NCBI GenBank assembly: GCA_964057225.1
Contig: OZ059898.1
Location: 18,476,001 to 18,540,000 of the forward strand
DNA: 64,000 nt
Source: Auanema rhodensis
Lineage: Eukaryota > Animalia > Nematoda
Direction of reading: 5' to 3'
In this document: positions 1 to 15,000 of the stretch, in pieces
How positions within the stretch are numbered: the first letter of the stretch is position 1
Layout: each line of letters starts with the position of its first letter
Translations under genes and position numbers: made by a program
Notes under the pieces: model-generated
Databases searched by the model: none
Seen by the model: the letters and a program-made list of their open reading frames with translations, nothing else
What the model was told of the DNA's origin: nothing

Positions 1-3000
1 ATGTGCACTTGGTATGTAACTCGCTTCACGTGAAAGATAAAGAGATGCGGTTTTCAAAATTAGATTCCCCATGTCCATTTTAGTCTAAAAACAAATTTTT
101 ATTGATATTGGTGCATGGTAACTATGACTTTGAAATTTACGTGAATTTTAATTTATGCTAATTAAGTGTACACATGATGTGCACTTGGTATGTAACTCGC
201 TTCACGTCAAAGATAAAGAGATGCGGTTTTCGAAATTAGATTTCGCATGTCCATATTAGTCTAAAAACAAATTTTTATTGATATTGGTGCATGGTAACCA
301 TGACTTTGAAATTTACGTGAACTTTAATTTATGCTAATTAAGTGTACACGTGATGTGCACTTGGTATGTAACTCGCTTCACGTGAAAGATAAAGAGATGC
401 GGTTTTCAAAATTAGATTCCTCATGTCCATATTAGTCTAAAAACGAATTTTTATTGATATTGATGCATGGTAACCATGACTTTGAAATTTACGTGAACTT
501 TAATTTATGCTAATTAAGTGTACACGTGATGTGCACTTGGTATGTAACTCGCTTCAGGTGAAAGATAAAGAGATGCGGTTTTCAAAATTAGATTCCCCAT
601 GTCCATATTAGTCTAAAAACAAATTTTTATTGGTATTGGTGCATGGCAACTATGACTTTTAAATTTACGTGTACTTTAATTTATGCTAATTAAGTGTACA
701 CATGATGTGCACTTGGTATGTAACTCGCTTCACGTGAAAGATAAAGAGATGCGGTTTACAAAATTAGATTTCGCATGTCCATATTAGTCTAAAAACAAAG
801 TTTTATTGATATTGGTGCATGGTAACCATGACTTTGAAATTTACGTGAACTTTAATTTATGCTAATTAAGTGTACACGTGATGTGCACTTGGTATGTAAC
901 TCGCTTCACGTGAAAGATAAAGAGATGCGGTTTTCAAAATTAGATTCCGCATGTCCATATTAGTCTAAAAACAAATTTTTGTTGATATTGGTGGATGGTA
1001 ACCATGACTTTGAAATTTACGTGAACTTTAATTTATGCTAATTAAGTGTACACGTGATGTGCACTTGGTATGTAACTCGCTTCACGTGAAAAATAAAGAG
1101 ATGCGGTTTTCAAAATTAGATTCCCCATGTCCATATTAGTCTAAAAACAAATTTTTATTGATATTGGTGCATGGTAACCATGACTTTGAAATTTACGTGA
1201 ACTTTAATTTATGCTAATTAAGTGTACACGTGATGTGCACTTGGTATGTAACTCGCTTAACGTGAAAGATAAAGAGATGCGGTTTTCAAAATTAGATTCC
1301 GCATGTCCATATTAGTCTAAAAACAAATTTTTATTAATATTGGTGCATGGTAACTATGACTTTGAAATTTACGTGAACTTTAATTTATGCTAATTAAGTG
1401 TACACATGATGTGCACTTGGTATGTAACTCGCTTCACGTGAAAGATAAAGAGATGCGGTTTTCAAAATTAGATTCCGCATGTCCATATTAGTCTAAAAAC
1501 AAATTTTTATTGATATTGGTGCATGGTAACCATGACTTTGAAATTTACGTGAACTTTAATTTATGCTAATTAAGTGTACACGTGATGTGCACTTGGTATG
1601 TAACTCGCTTCACGTGAAAGATAAAGAGATGCGGTTTTCAAAATTAGATTCCCCATGTCCATATTAGTCTAAAAACAAATTTTTATTGATATTGGTGCAT
1701 GGTAACTATGACTTTGAAATTTACGTGAACTTTAATTTATGCTAATTAAGTGTACACATGATGTGCACTTGGTATGTAACTCGCTTCACGTCAAAGATAA
1801 AGAGATGCGGTTTTCAAAATTAGATTTCGCATGTCCATATTAGTCTAAAAACAAATTTTTATTGATATTGGTGCATGGTAACCATGACTTTGAAATTTAC
1901 GTGAACTTTAATTTATGCTAATTAAGTGTACACATGATGTGCACTTGGTATGTAACTCGCTTCACGTGAAAGATAAAGAGATGCGGTTTTCAAAATCAGA
2001 TTTCGCATGTCCATATTAGTCTAAAAACAAATTTTTATTGATATTGGTGCATGGTAACCATGACTTTGAAATTTACGTGAACTTTAATTTATGCTAATTA
2101 AGTGTACACGTGATGTGCACTTGGTATGTAACTCGCTTCACGTGAAAGATAAAGAGATGCGGTTTTCAAAATTAGATTCCGCATGTCCATATTAGTCTAA
2201 AAACAAATTTTTATTGATATTGGTGCATGGTAACCATGACTTTGAAATTTACGTGAACTTTAATTTATGCTAATTAAGTGTACACGTGATGTGCACTTGG
2301 TATGTAACTCGCTTCACGTGAAAGATAAAGAGATGCGGTTTTCAAAATTAGATTCCCCATGTCCATTTTAGTCTAAAAACAAATTTTTATTGATATTGGT
2401 GCATGGTAACTATGACTTTGAAATTTACGTGAATTTTAATTTATGCTAATTAAGTGTACACATGATGTGCACTTGGTATGTAACTCGCTTCACGTCAAAG
2501 ATAAAGAGATGCGGTTTTCGAAATTAGATTTCGCATGTCCATATTAGTCTAAAAACAAATTTTTATTGATATTGGTGCATGGTAACCATGACTTTGAAAT
2601 TTACGTGAACTTTAATTTATGCTAATTAAGTGTACACGTGATGTGCACTTGGTATGTAACTCGCTTCACGTGAAAGATAAAGAGATGCGGTTTTCAAAAT
2701 TAGATTCCTCATGTCCATATTAGTCTAAAAACGAATTTTTATTGATATTGATGCATGGTAACCATGACTTTGAAATTTACGTGAACTTTAATTTATGCTA
2801 ATTAAGTGTACACGTGATGTGCACTTGGTATGTAACTCGCTTCAGGTGAAAGATAAAGAGATGCGGTTTTCAAAATTAGATTCCCCATGTCCATATTAGT
2901 CTAAAAACAAATTTTTATTGATATTGGTGCATGGTAACCATGACTTTGAAATTTACGTGAACTTTAATTTATGCTAATTAAGTGTACTCGTGATGTGCAC

Positions 3001-6000
3001 TTGGTATGTAACTCGCTTCACGTGAAAGATAAAGAGATGCGGTTTTCAAAATTAGATTCCTCATGTCCATATTAGTCTAAAAACAAATTTTTATTGGTAT
3101 TGGTGCATGGCAACTATGACTTTTAAATTTACGTGTACTTTAATTTATGCTAATTAAGTGTACACATGATGTGCACTTGGTATGTAACTCGCTTCACGTG
3201 AAAGATAAAGAGATGCGGTTTACAAAATTAGATTTCGCATGTCCATATTAGTCTAAAAACAAAGTTTTATTGATATTGGTGCATGGTAACCATGACTTTG
3301 AAATTTACGTGAACTTTAATTTATGCTAATTAAGTGTACACGTGATGTGCACTTGGTATGTAACTCGCTTCACGTGAAAGATAAAGAGATGCGGTTTTCA
3401 AAATTAGATTCCGCATGTCCATATTAGTCTAAAAACAAATTTTTGTTGATATTGGTGGATGGTAACCATGACTTTGAAATTTACGTGAACTTTAATTTAT
3501 GCTAATTAAGTGTACACGTGATGTGCACTTGGTATGTAACTCGCTTCACGTGAAAAATAAAGAGATGCGGTTTTCAAAATTAGATTCCCCATGTCCATAT
3601 TAGTCTAAAAACAAATTTTTATTGATATTGGTGCATGGTAACCATGACTTTGAAATTTACGTGAACTTTAATTTATGCTAATTGAGTGTACACGTGATGT
3701 GCACTTGGTATGTAACTCGCTTCACGTGAAAGATAAAGAGATGCGGTTTTCAAAATTAGATTACCCATGTCCATATTAGTCTAAAAACAAATTTTTATTG
3801 ATATTGGTGCATGGTAACCATGACTTTGAAGTTTACGTGAACTTTAATTTATGCTAATTAAGTGTACACGTGATGTGCACTTGGTATGTAACTCGCTTAA
3901 CGTGAAAGATAAAGAGATGCGGTTTTCAAAATTAGATTCCGCATGTCCATATTAGTCTAAAAACAAATTTTTATTAATATTGGTGCATGGTAACTATGAC
4001 TTTGAAATTTACGTGAACTTTAATTTATGCTAATTAAGTGTACACATGATGTGCACTTGGTATGTAACTCGCTTCACGTGAAAGATAAAGAGATGCGGTT
4101 TTCAAAATTAGATTCCGCATGTCCATATTAGTCTAAAAACAAATTTTTATTGATATTGGTGCATGGTAACCATGACTTTGAAATTTACGTGAACTTTAAT
4201 TTATGCTAATTAAGTGTACACGTGATGTGCACTTGGTATGTAACTCGCTTCACGTGAAAGATAAAGAGATGCGGTTTTCAAAATTAGATTCCCCATGTCC
4301 ATATTAGTCTAAAAACAAATTTTTATTGATATTGGTGCATGGTAACTATGACTTTGAAATTTACGTGAACTTTAATTTATGCTAATTAAGTGTACACATG
4401 ATGTGCACTTGGTATGTAACTCGCTTCACGTCAAAGATAAAGAGATGCGGTTTTCAAAATTAGATTCCCCATGTCCATATTAGTCTAAAAACAAATTTTT
4501 ATTGATATTGGTGCATGGTAACCATGACTTTGAAATTTACGTGAACTTTAATTTATGCTAATTAAGTGTACACATGATGTGCACTTGGTATGTAACTCGC
4601 TTCACGTGAAAGATAAAGAGATGCGGTTTTCAAAATCAGATTTCGCATGTCCATATTAGTCTAAAAACAAATTTTTATTGATATTGGTGCATGGTAACCA
4701 TGACTTTGAAATTTACGTGAACTTTAATTTATGCTAATTAAGTGTACACGTGATGTGCACTTGGTATGTAACTCGCTTCACGTGAAAGATAAAGAGATGC
4801 GGTTTTCAAAATTAGATTCCGCATGTCCATATTAGTCTAAAAACAAATTTTTATTGATATTGGTGCATGGTAACCATGACTTTGAAATTTACGTGAACTT
4901 TAATTTATGCTAATTAAGTGTACACGTGATGTGCACTTGGTATGTAACTCGCTTCACGTGAAAGATAAAGAGATGCGGTTTTCAAAATTAGATTCCCCAT
5001 GTCCATTTTAGTCTAAAAACAAATTTTTATTGATATTGGTGCATGGTAACTATGACTTTGAAATTTACGTGAATTTTAATTTATGCTAATTAAGTGTACA
5101 CATGATGTGCACTTGGTATGTAACTCGCTTCACGTCAAAGATAAAGAGATGCGGTTTTCGAAATTAGATTTCGCATGTCCATATTAGTCTAAAAACAAAT
5201 TTTTATTGATATTGGTGCATGGTAACCATGACTTTGAAATTTACGTGAACTTTAATTTATGCTAATTAAGTGTACACGTGATGTGCACTTGGTATGTAAC
5301 TCGCTTCACGTGAAAGATAAAGAGATGCGGTTTTCAAAATTAGATTCCTCATGTCCATATTAGTCTAAAAACGAATTTTTATTGATATTGATGCATGGTA
5401 ACCATGACTTTGAAATTTACGTGAACTTTAATTTATGCTAATTAAGTGTACACGTGATGTGCACTTGGTATGTAACTCGCTTCAGGTGAAAGATAAAGAG
5501 ATGCGGTTTTCAAAATTAGATTCCCCATGTCCATATTAGTCTAAAAACAAATTTTTATTGATATTGGTGCATGGTAACCATGACTTTGAAATTTACGTGA
5601 ACTTTAATTTATGCTAATTAAGTGTACTCGTGATGTGCACTTGGTATGTAACTCGCTTCACGTGAAAGATAAAGAGATGCGGTTTTCAAAATTAGATTCC
5701 TCATGTCCATATTAGTCTAAAAACAAATTTTTATTGGTATTGGTGCATGGCAACTATGACTTTTAAATTTACGTGTACTTTAATTTATGCTAATTAAGTG
5801 TACACATGATGTGCACTTGGTATGTAACTCGCTTCACGTGAAAGATAAAGAGATGCGGTTTACAAAATTAGATTTCGCATGTCCATATTAGTCTAAAAAC
5901 AAAGTTTTATTGATATTGGTGCATGGTAACCATGACTTTGAAATTTACGTGAACTTTAATTTATGCTAATTAAGTGTACACGTGATGTGCACTTGGTATG

Positions 6001-9000
6001 TAACTCGCTTAACGTGAAAGATAAAGAGATGCGGTTTTCAAAATTAGATTCCGCATGTCCATATTAGTCTAAAAACAAATTTTTATCAATATTGGTGCAT
6101 GGTAACTATGACTTTGAAATTTACGTGAACTTTAATTTATGCTAATTAAGTGTACACATGATGTGCACTTGGTATGTAACTCGCTTCACGTGAAAGATAA
6201 AGAGATGCGGTTTTCAAAATTAGATTCCGCATGTCCATATTAGTCTAAAAACAAATTTTTATTGATATTGGTGCATGGTAACCATGACTTTGAAATTTAC
6301 GTGAACTTTAATTTATGCTAATTGAGTGTACACGTGATGTGCACTTGGTATGTAACTCGCTTCACGTGAAAGATAAAGAGATGCGGTTTTCAAAATTAGA
6401 TTCCCCATGTCCATATTAGTCTAAAAACAAATTTTTATTGATATTGGTGCATGGTAACTATGACTTTGAAATTTACGTGAACTTTAATTTATGCTAATTA
6501 AGTGTACACATGATGTGCACTTGGTATGTAACTCGCTTCACGTCAAAGATAAAGAGATGCGGTTTTCAAAATTAGATTTCGCATGTCCATATTAGTCTAA
6601 AAACAAATTTTTATTGATATTGGTGCATGGTAACCATGACTTTGAAATTTACGTCAACTTTAATTTATGCTTATTAAGTGTACATGTGATGTGCACTTGG
6701 TATGTAACTCGCTTCACGTGAAAGATAAAGGGATGCGGTTTTCAAGATTAGATTCCCCGTGTCCATATTAGTCTAAAAACAAATTTTTGTTGATATTGGT
6801 GGATGGTAACCATGACTTTGAAATTTACGTGAACTTTAATTTATGCTAATTAAGTGTACACGTGATGTGCACTTGGTATGTAACTCGCTTCACGTGAAAG
6901 ATAAAGAGATGCGGTTTTCAAAATTAGATTCCCCATGTCCATATTAGTCTAAAAACAAATTTTTATTGATATTGGTGCATGGTAACCATGACTTTGAAAT
7001 TTACGTGAACTTTAATTTATGCTAATTAAGTGTACTCGTGATGTGCACTTGGTATGTAACTCGCTTCACGTGAAAGATAAAGAGATGCGGTTTTCAAAAT
7101 TAGATTCCTCATGTCCATATTAGTCTAAAAACAAATTTTTATTGGTATTGGTGCATGGCAACTATGACTTTTAAATTTACGTGTACTTTAATTTATGCTA
7201 ATTAAGTGTACACATGATGTGCACTTGGTATGTAACTCGCTTCACGTCAAAGATAAAAAGATGCGGTTTTCAAAATTAGATTCCCCATGTCCATATTAGT
7301 CTAAAAACAAATTTTTATTAATATTGGTGCATGGTAACCATGACTTTGAAATTTATGTGAACTTTAATTTATGCTAATTAAGTGTACACATGATGTGCAC
7401 TTGGTATGTAACTCGCTTCACGTGAAAGATAAAGAGATGCGGTTTTCAAAATTAGATTCCTCATGTCCATATTAGTCCAAAAACGAATTTTTATTGATTT
7501 TGATGCATGGTAACCATGACTTTGAAATTTACGTGAACTTTAATTTATGCTTATTAAGTGTACACGTGATGTACACTTGGTATGTAACTCGCTTCACGTG
7601 AAAGATAAAGGGATGCGGTTTTCAAAATTAGATTCCCCATGTCCATATTAGTCTAAAAACAAATTTTTGTTGATATTGGTGGATGGTAACCATGACTTTG
7701 AAATTTACGTGAACTTTAATTTATGCTAATTAAGTGTACACGTGATGTGCACTTGGTATGTAACTCGCTTCACGTGAAAGATAAAGAGATGCGATTTTCA
7801 AAATTAGATTCCCCATGTCCATATTAGTCTAAAAACAAATTTTTATTGATATTGGTGCATGGTAACCATGACTTTGAAATTTACGTGAACTTTAATTTAT
7901 GCTAATTAAGTGTACACATGATGTGCACTTGGTATGTAACTCGCTTCACGTGAAAGATAAAGAGATTCGGTTTTCAAATTTAGATTTCGCATGTCCATAT
8001 TAGTCTAAAAACGAATTTTTATTGATATTGGTGCATGGTAACCATGACTTTGAAATTTACGTGAACTTTAATTTATGCTAATTAAGTGTACACGTGATGT
8101 GCACTTGGTATGTAACTCGCTTCACGTGAAAGATAAAGAGATGCGGTTTTCAAAATTAGATTCCCCATGTCCATATTAGTCTAAAAACAAATTTTTATTG
8201 ATATTGGTGCATGGTAACCATGACTTTGAAATTTACGTGAACTTTAATTTATGCTAATTAAGTGTACACGTGATGTGCACTTGGTATGTAACTCGCTTCA
8301 CGTGAAAGATAAAGAGATGCGGTTTTCAAAATTAGGTTCCCCATGTCCATATTAGTCTAAAAACAAATTTTTGTTGATATTGGTGGATGGTAACCATGAC
8401 TTTCAAATTTACGTGAACTTTAATTCATGCTAATTAAGTGTACACATGATGTGCACTTGGTATGTAACTCGCTTCACGTCAAAGATAAAGAGATGCGGTT
8501 TTCAAAATTAGATTTCGCATGTCCATATTAGTCTAAAAACAAATTTTTATTGATATTGGTGCATGGTAACCATGACTTTGAAATTTACGTGAACTTTAAT
8601 TTATGCTAATTAAGTGTACACGTGATGTGCACTTGGTATGTAACTCGCTTCACGTGAAAGATAAAGAGATGCGGTTTTCAAAATTAGATTCCCCATGTCC
8701 ATATTAGTCTAAAAACAAATTTTTATTGATATTGGTGCATGGCAACCATGACTTCAAAATTTACGTGTACTTTAATTTATGCTAATTAAGTGTACACATG
8801 ATGTGCACTTGGTATGTAACTCGCTTCACGTCAAAGATAAAGAGATGCGGTTTTCAAAATTAGATTTCGCATGTCCATATTAGTCTAATAACAAATTTTT
8901 ATTGATATTGGTGCATGGTAACCATGACTTTGAAATTTACGTGAACTTTAATTTATGCTAATTAAGTGTACACGTGATGTGCACTTGGTATGTAACTCGC

Positions 9001-12000
9001 TTCACGTGAAAGATAAAGAGATGCGGTTTTCAAAATTAGATTCCCCATGTCCATATTAGTCTAAAAACAAATTTTTATTGATATTGGTGCATGGTAACCA
9101 TGACTTTGAAATTTACGTGAACTTTAATTTATGCTAATTAAGTGTACACATGATGTGCACTTGGTATGTAACTCGCTTCACGTGAAAGATAAAGAGATTC
9201 GGTTTTCAAATTTAGATTTCGCATGTCCATATTAGTCTAAAAACGAATTTTTATTGATATTGGTGCATAATAACCATGACTTTGAAATTTACGTGAACTT
9301 TAATTTATGCTAATTAAGTGTACACGTGATGTGCACTTGGTATGTAACTCGCTTCACGTGAAAGATAAAGAGATGCGGTTTTCAAAATTAGATTCCCCAT
9401 GTCCATATTAGTCTAAAAACAAATTTTTATTGATATTGGTGCATGGTAACCATGACTTTGAAATTTACGTGAACTTTAATTTATGCTAATTAAGTGTACA
9501 CGTGATGTGCACTTGGTATGTAACTCGCTTCACGTGAAAGATAAAGAGATGCGGTTTTCAAAATTAGGTTCCCCATGTCCATATTAGTCTAAAAACAAAT
9601 TTTTATTGATATTGGTGCATGGTAACCATGACTTTGAAATTTACGTGAACTTTAATTTATGCTAATTAAGTGTACACATGATGTGCACTTGGTATGTAAC
9701 TCGCTTCACGTGAAAGATAAAGAGATGCGGTTTTCAAAATCAGATTTCGCATGTCCATATTAGTCTAAAAACAAATTTTTATTGATATTGGTGCATGGTA
9801 ACCATGACTTTGAAATTTACGTGAACTTTAATTTATGCTAATTAAGTGTACACGTGATGTGCACTTGGTATGTAACTCGCTTCACGTGAAAGATAAAGAG
9901 ATGCGGTTTTCAAAATTAGATTCCGCCTGTCCATATTAGTCTAAAAACAAATTTTTATTGATATTGGTGCATGGTAACCATGACTTTGAAATTTACGTGA
10001 ACTTTAATTTATGCTAATTAAGTGTACACGTGATGTGCACTTGGTATGTAACTCGCTTCACGTGAAAGATAAAGAGATGCGGTTTTCAAAATTAGATTCC
10101 CCATGTCCATTTTAGTCTAAAAACAAATTTTTATTGATATTGGTGCATGGTAACTATGACTTTGAAATTTACGTGAATTTTAATTTATGCTAATTAAGTG
10201 TACACATGATGTGCACTTGGTATGTAACTCGCTTCACGTCAAAGATAAAGAGATGCGGTTTTCGAAATTAGATTTCGCATGTCCATATTAGTCTAAAAAC
10301 AAATTTTTATTGATATTGATGCATGGTAACCATGACTTTGAAATTTACGTCAACTTTAATTTATGCTTATTAAGTGTACATGTGATGTGCACTTGGTATG
10401 TAACTCGCTTCACGTGAAAGATAAAGGGATGCGGTTTTCAAGATTAGATTCCCCGTGTCCATATTAGTCTAAAAACAAATTTTTGTTGATATTGGTGGAT
10501 GGTAACCATGACTTTGAAATTTACGTGAACTTTAATTTATGCTAATTAAGTGTACACGTGATGTGCACTTGGTATGTAACTCGCTTCACGTGAAAGATAA
10601 AGAGATGCGGTTTTCAAAATTAGATTCCCCATGTCCATATTAGTCTAAAAACAAATTTTTATTGATATTGGTGCATGGTAACCATGACTTTGAAATTTAC
10701 GTGAACTTTAATTTATGCTAATTAAGTGTACTCGTGATGTGCACTTGGTATGTAACTCGCTTCACGTCAAAGATAAAAAGATGCGGTTTTCAAAATTAGA
10801 TTCCCCATGTCCATATTAGTCTAAAAACAAATTTTTATTAATATTGGTGCATGGTAACCATGACTTTGAAATTTATGTGAACTTTAATTTATGCTAATTA
10901 AGTGTACACATGATGTGCACTTGGTATGTAACTCGCTTCACGTGAAAGATAAAGAGATGCGGTTTTCAAAATTAGATTCCTCATGTCCATATTAGTCCAA
11001 AAACGAATTTTTATTGATTTTGATGCATGGTAACCATGACTTTGAAATTTACGTGAACTTTAATTTATGCTTATTAAGTGTACACGTGATGTACACTTGG
11101 TATGTAACTCGCTTCACGTGAAAGATAAAGGGATGCGGTTTTCAAAATTAGATTCCCCATGTCCATATTAGTCTAAAAACAAATTTTTGTTGATATTGGT
11201 GGATGGTAACCATGACTTTGAAATTTACGTGAACTTTAATTTATGCTAATTAAGTGTACACGTGATGTGCACTTGGTATGTAACTCGCTTCACGTGAAAG
11301 ATAAAGAGATGCGATTTTCAAAATTAGATTCCCCATGTCCATATTAGTCTAAAAACAAATTTTTATTGATATTGGTGCATGGTAACCATGACTTTGAAAT
11401 TTACGTGAACTTTAATTTATGCTAATTAAGTGTACACATGATGTGCACTTGGTATGTAACTCGCTTCACGTGAAAGATAAAGAGATTCGGTTTTCAAATT
11501 TAGATTTCGCATGTCCATATTAGTCTAAAAACGAATTTTTATTGATATTGGTGCATGGTAACCATGACTTTGAAATTTACGTGAACTTTAATTTATGCTA
11601 ATTAAGTGTACACGTGATGTGCACTTGGTATGTAACTCGCTTCACGTGAAAGATAAAGAGATGCGGTTTTCAAAATTAGATTCCCCATGTCCATATTAGT
11701 CTAAAAACAAATTTTTATTGATATTGGTGCATGGTAACCACGACTTTGAAATTTACGTGAACTTTAATTTATGCTAATTAAGTGTACACGTGATGTGCAC
11801 TTGGTATGTAACTCGCTTCACGTGAAAGATAAAGAGATGCGGTTTTCAAAATTAGGTTCCCCATGTCCATATTAGTCTAAAAACAAATTTTTGTTGATAT
11901 TGGTGGATGGTAACCATGACTTTCAAATTTACGTGAACTTTAATTCATGCTAATTAAGTGTACACATGATGTGCACTTGGTATGTAACTCGCTTCACGTC

Positions 12001-15000
12001 AAAGATAAAGAGATGCGGTTTTCAAAATTAGATTTCGCATGTCCATATTAGTCTAAAAACAAATTTTTATTGATATTGGTGCATGGTAACCATGACTTTG
12101 AAATTTACGTGAACTTTAATTTATGCTAATTAAGTGTACACGTGATGTGCACTTGGTATGTAACTCGCTTCACGTGAAAGATAAAGAGATGCGGTTTTCA
12201 AAATTAGATTCCCCATGTCCATATTAGTCTAAAAACAAATTTTTATTGATATTGGTGCATGGCAACCATGACTTCAAAATTTACGTGTACTTTAATTTAT
12301 GCTAATTAAGTGTACACATGATGTGCACTTGGTATGTAACTCGCTTCACGTCAAAGATAAAGAGATGCGGTTTTCAAAATTAGATTTCGCATGTCCATAT
12401 TAGTCTAATAACAAATTTTTATTGATATTGGTGCATGGTAACCATGACTTTGAAATTTACGTGAACTTTAATTTATGCTAATTAAGTGTACACGTGATGT
12501 GCACTTGGTATGTAACTCGCTTCACGTGAAAGATAAAGAGATGCGGTTTTCAAAATTAGATTCCCCATATCCATATTAGTCTAAAAACAAATTTTTATTG
12601 ATATTGGTGCATGGTAACCATGACTTTGAAATTTACGTGAACTTTAATTTATGCTAATTAAGTGTACACATGATGTGCACTTGGTATGTAACTCGCTTCA
12701 CGTGAAAGATAAAGAGATTCGGTTTTCAAATTTAGATTTCGCATGTCCATATTAGTCTAAAAACGAATTTTTATTGATATTGGTGCATGGTAACCATGAC
12801 TTTGAAATTTACGTGAACTTTAATTTATGCTAATTAAGTGTACACGTGATGTGCACTTGGTATGTAACTCGCTTCACGTGAAAGATAAAGAGATGCGGTT
12901 TTCAAAATTAGATTCCCCATGTCCATATTAGTCTAAAAACAAATTTTTATTGATATTGGTGCATGGTAACCATGACTTTGAAATTTACGTGAACTTTAAT
13001 TTATGCTAATTAAGTGTACACGTGATGTGCACTTGGTATGTAACTCGCTTCACGTGAAAGATAAAGAGATGCGGTTTTCAAAATTAGGTTCCCCATGTCC
13101 ATATTAGTCTAAAAACAAATTTTTATTGATATTGGTGCATGGTAACCATGACTTTGAAATTTACGTGAACTTTAATTTATGCTAATTAAGTGTACACATG
13201 ATGTGCACTTGGTATGTAACTCGCTTCACGTGAAAGATAAAGAGATGCGGTTTTCAAAATCAGATTTCGCATGTCCATATTAGTCTAAAAACAAATTTTT
13301 ATTGATATTGGTGCATGGTAACCATGACTTTGAAATTTACGTGAACTTTAATTTATGCTAATTAAGTGTACACGTGATGTGCACTTGGTATGTAACTCGC
13401 TTCACGTGAAAGATAAAGAGATGCGGTTTTCAAAATTAGATTCCGCATGTCCATATTAGTCTAAAAACAAATTTTTATTGATATTGGTGCATGGTAACCA
13501 TGACTTTGAAATTTACGTGAACTTTAATTTATGCTAATTAAGTGTACACGTGATGTGCACTTGGTATGTAACTCGCTTCACGTGAAAGATAAAGAGATGC
13601 GGTTTTCAAAATTAGATTCCCCATGTCCATTTTAGTCTAAAAACAAATTTTTATTGATATTGGTGCATGGTAACTATGACTTTGAAATTTACGTGAATTT
13701 TAATTTATGCTAATTAAGTGTACACATGATGTGCACTTGGTATGTAACTCGCTTCACGTCAAAGATAAAGAGATGCGGTTTTCGAAATTAGATTTCGCAT
13801 GTCCATATTAGTCTAAAAACAAATTTTTATTGATATTGGTGCATGGTAACCATGACTTTGAAATTTACGTGAACTTTAATTTATGCTAATTAAGTGTACA
13901 CGTGATGTGCACTTGGTATGTAACTCGCTTCACGTGAAAGATAAAGAGATGCGGTTTTCAAAATTAGATTCCTCATGTCCATATTAGTCTAAAAACGAAT
14001 TTTTATTGATATTGATGCATGGTAACCATGACTTTGAAATTTACGTGAACTTTAATTTATGCTAATTAAGTGTACACGTGATGTGCACTTGGTATGTAAC
14101 TCGCTTCAGGTGAAAGATAAAGAGATGCGGTTTTCAAAATTAGATTCCCCATGTCCATATTAGTCTAAAAACAAATTTTTATTGATATTGGTGCATGGTA
14201 ACCATGACTTTGAAATTTACGTGAACTTTAATTTATGCTAATTAAGTGTACTCGTGATGTGCACTTGGTATGTAACTCGCTTCACGTGAAAGATAAAGAG
14301 ATGCGGTTTTCAAAATTAGATTCCTCATGTCCATATTAGTCTAAAAACAAATTTTTATTGGTATTGGTGCATGGCAACTATGACTTTTAAATTTACGTGT
14401 ACTTTAATTTATGCTAATTAAGTGTACACATGATGTGCACTTGGTATGTAACTCGCTTCACGTGAAAGATAAAGAGATGCGGTTTACAAAATTAGATTTC
14501 GCATGTCCATATTAGTCTAAAAACAAAGTTTTATTGATATTGGTGCATGGTAACCATGACTTTGAAATTTACGTGAACTTTAATTTATGCTAATTAAGTG
14601 TACACGTGATGTGCACTTGGTATGTAACTCGCTTAACGTGAAAGATAAAGAGATGCGGTTTTCAAAATTAGATTCCGCATGTCCATATTAGTCTAAAAAC
14701 AAATTTTTATCAATATTGGTGCATGGTAACTATGACTTTGAAATTTACGTGAACTTTAATTTATGCTAATTAAGTGTACACATGATGTGCACTTGGTATG
14801 TAACTCGCTTCACGTGAAAGATAAAGAGATGCGGTTTTCAAAATTAGATTCCGCATGTCCATATTAGTCTAAAAACAAATTTTTATTGATATTGGTGCAT
14901 GGTAACCATGACTTTGAAATTTACGTGAACTTTAATTTATGCTAATTGAGTGTACACGTGATGTGCACTTGGTATGTAACTCGCTTCACGTGAAAGATAA

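Noticed and set aside
1-176. Tandem RNA gene unit (5S, tRNA, spliced leader) or telomeric repeat
   Set aside because: No recognisable 5S, tRNA or SL1 sequence and no telomere repeats seen by eye; an Rfam search would be the formal test.
1-176. Assignment to a named satellite (alpha satellite, Arabidopsis CEN178 etc.) or a host species
   Set aside because: Only the length is similar; I do not recognise the sequence and cannot search databases.
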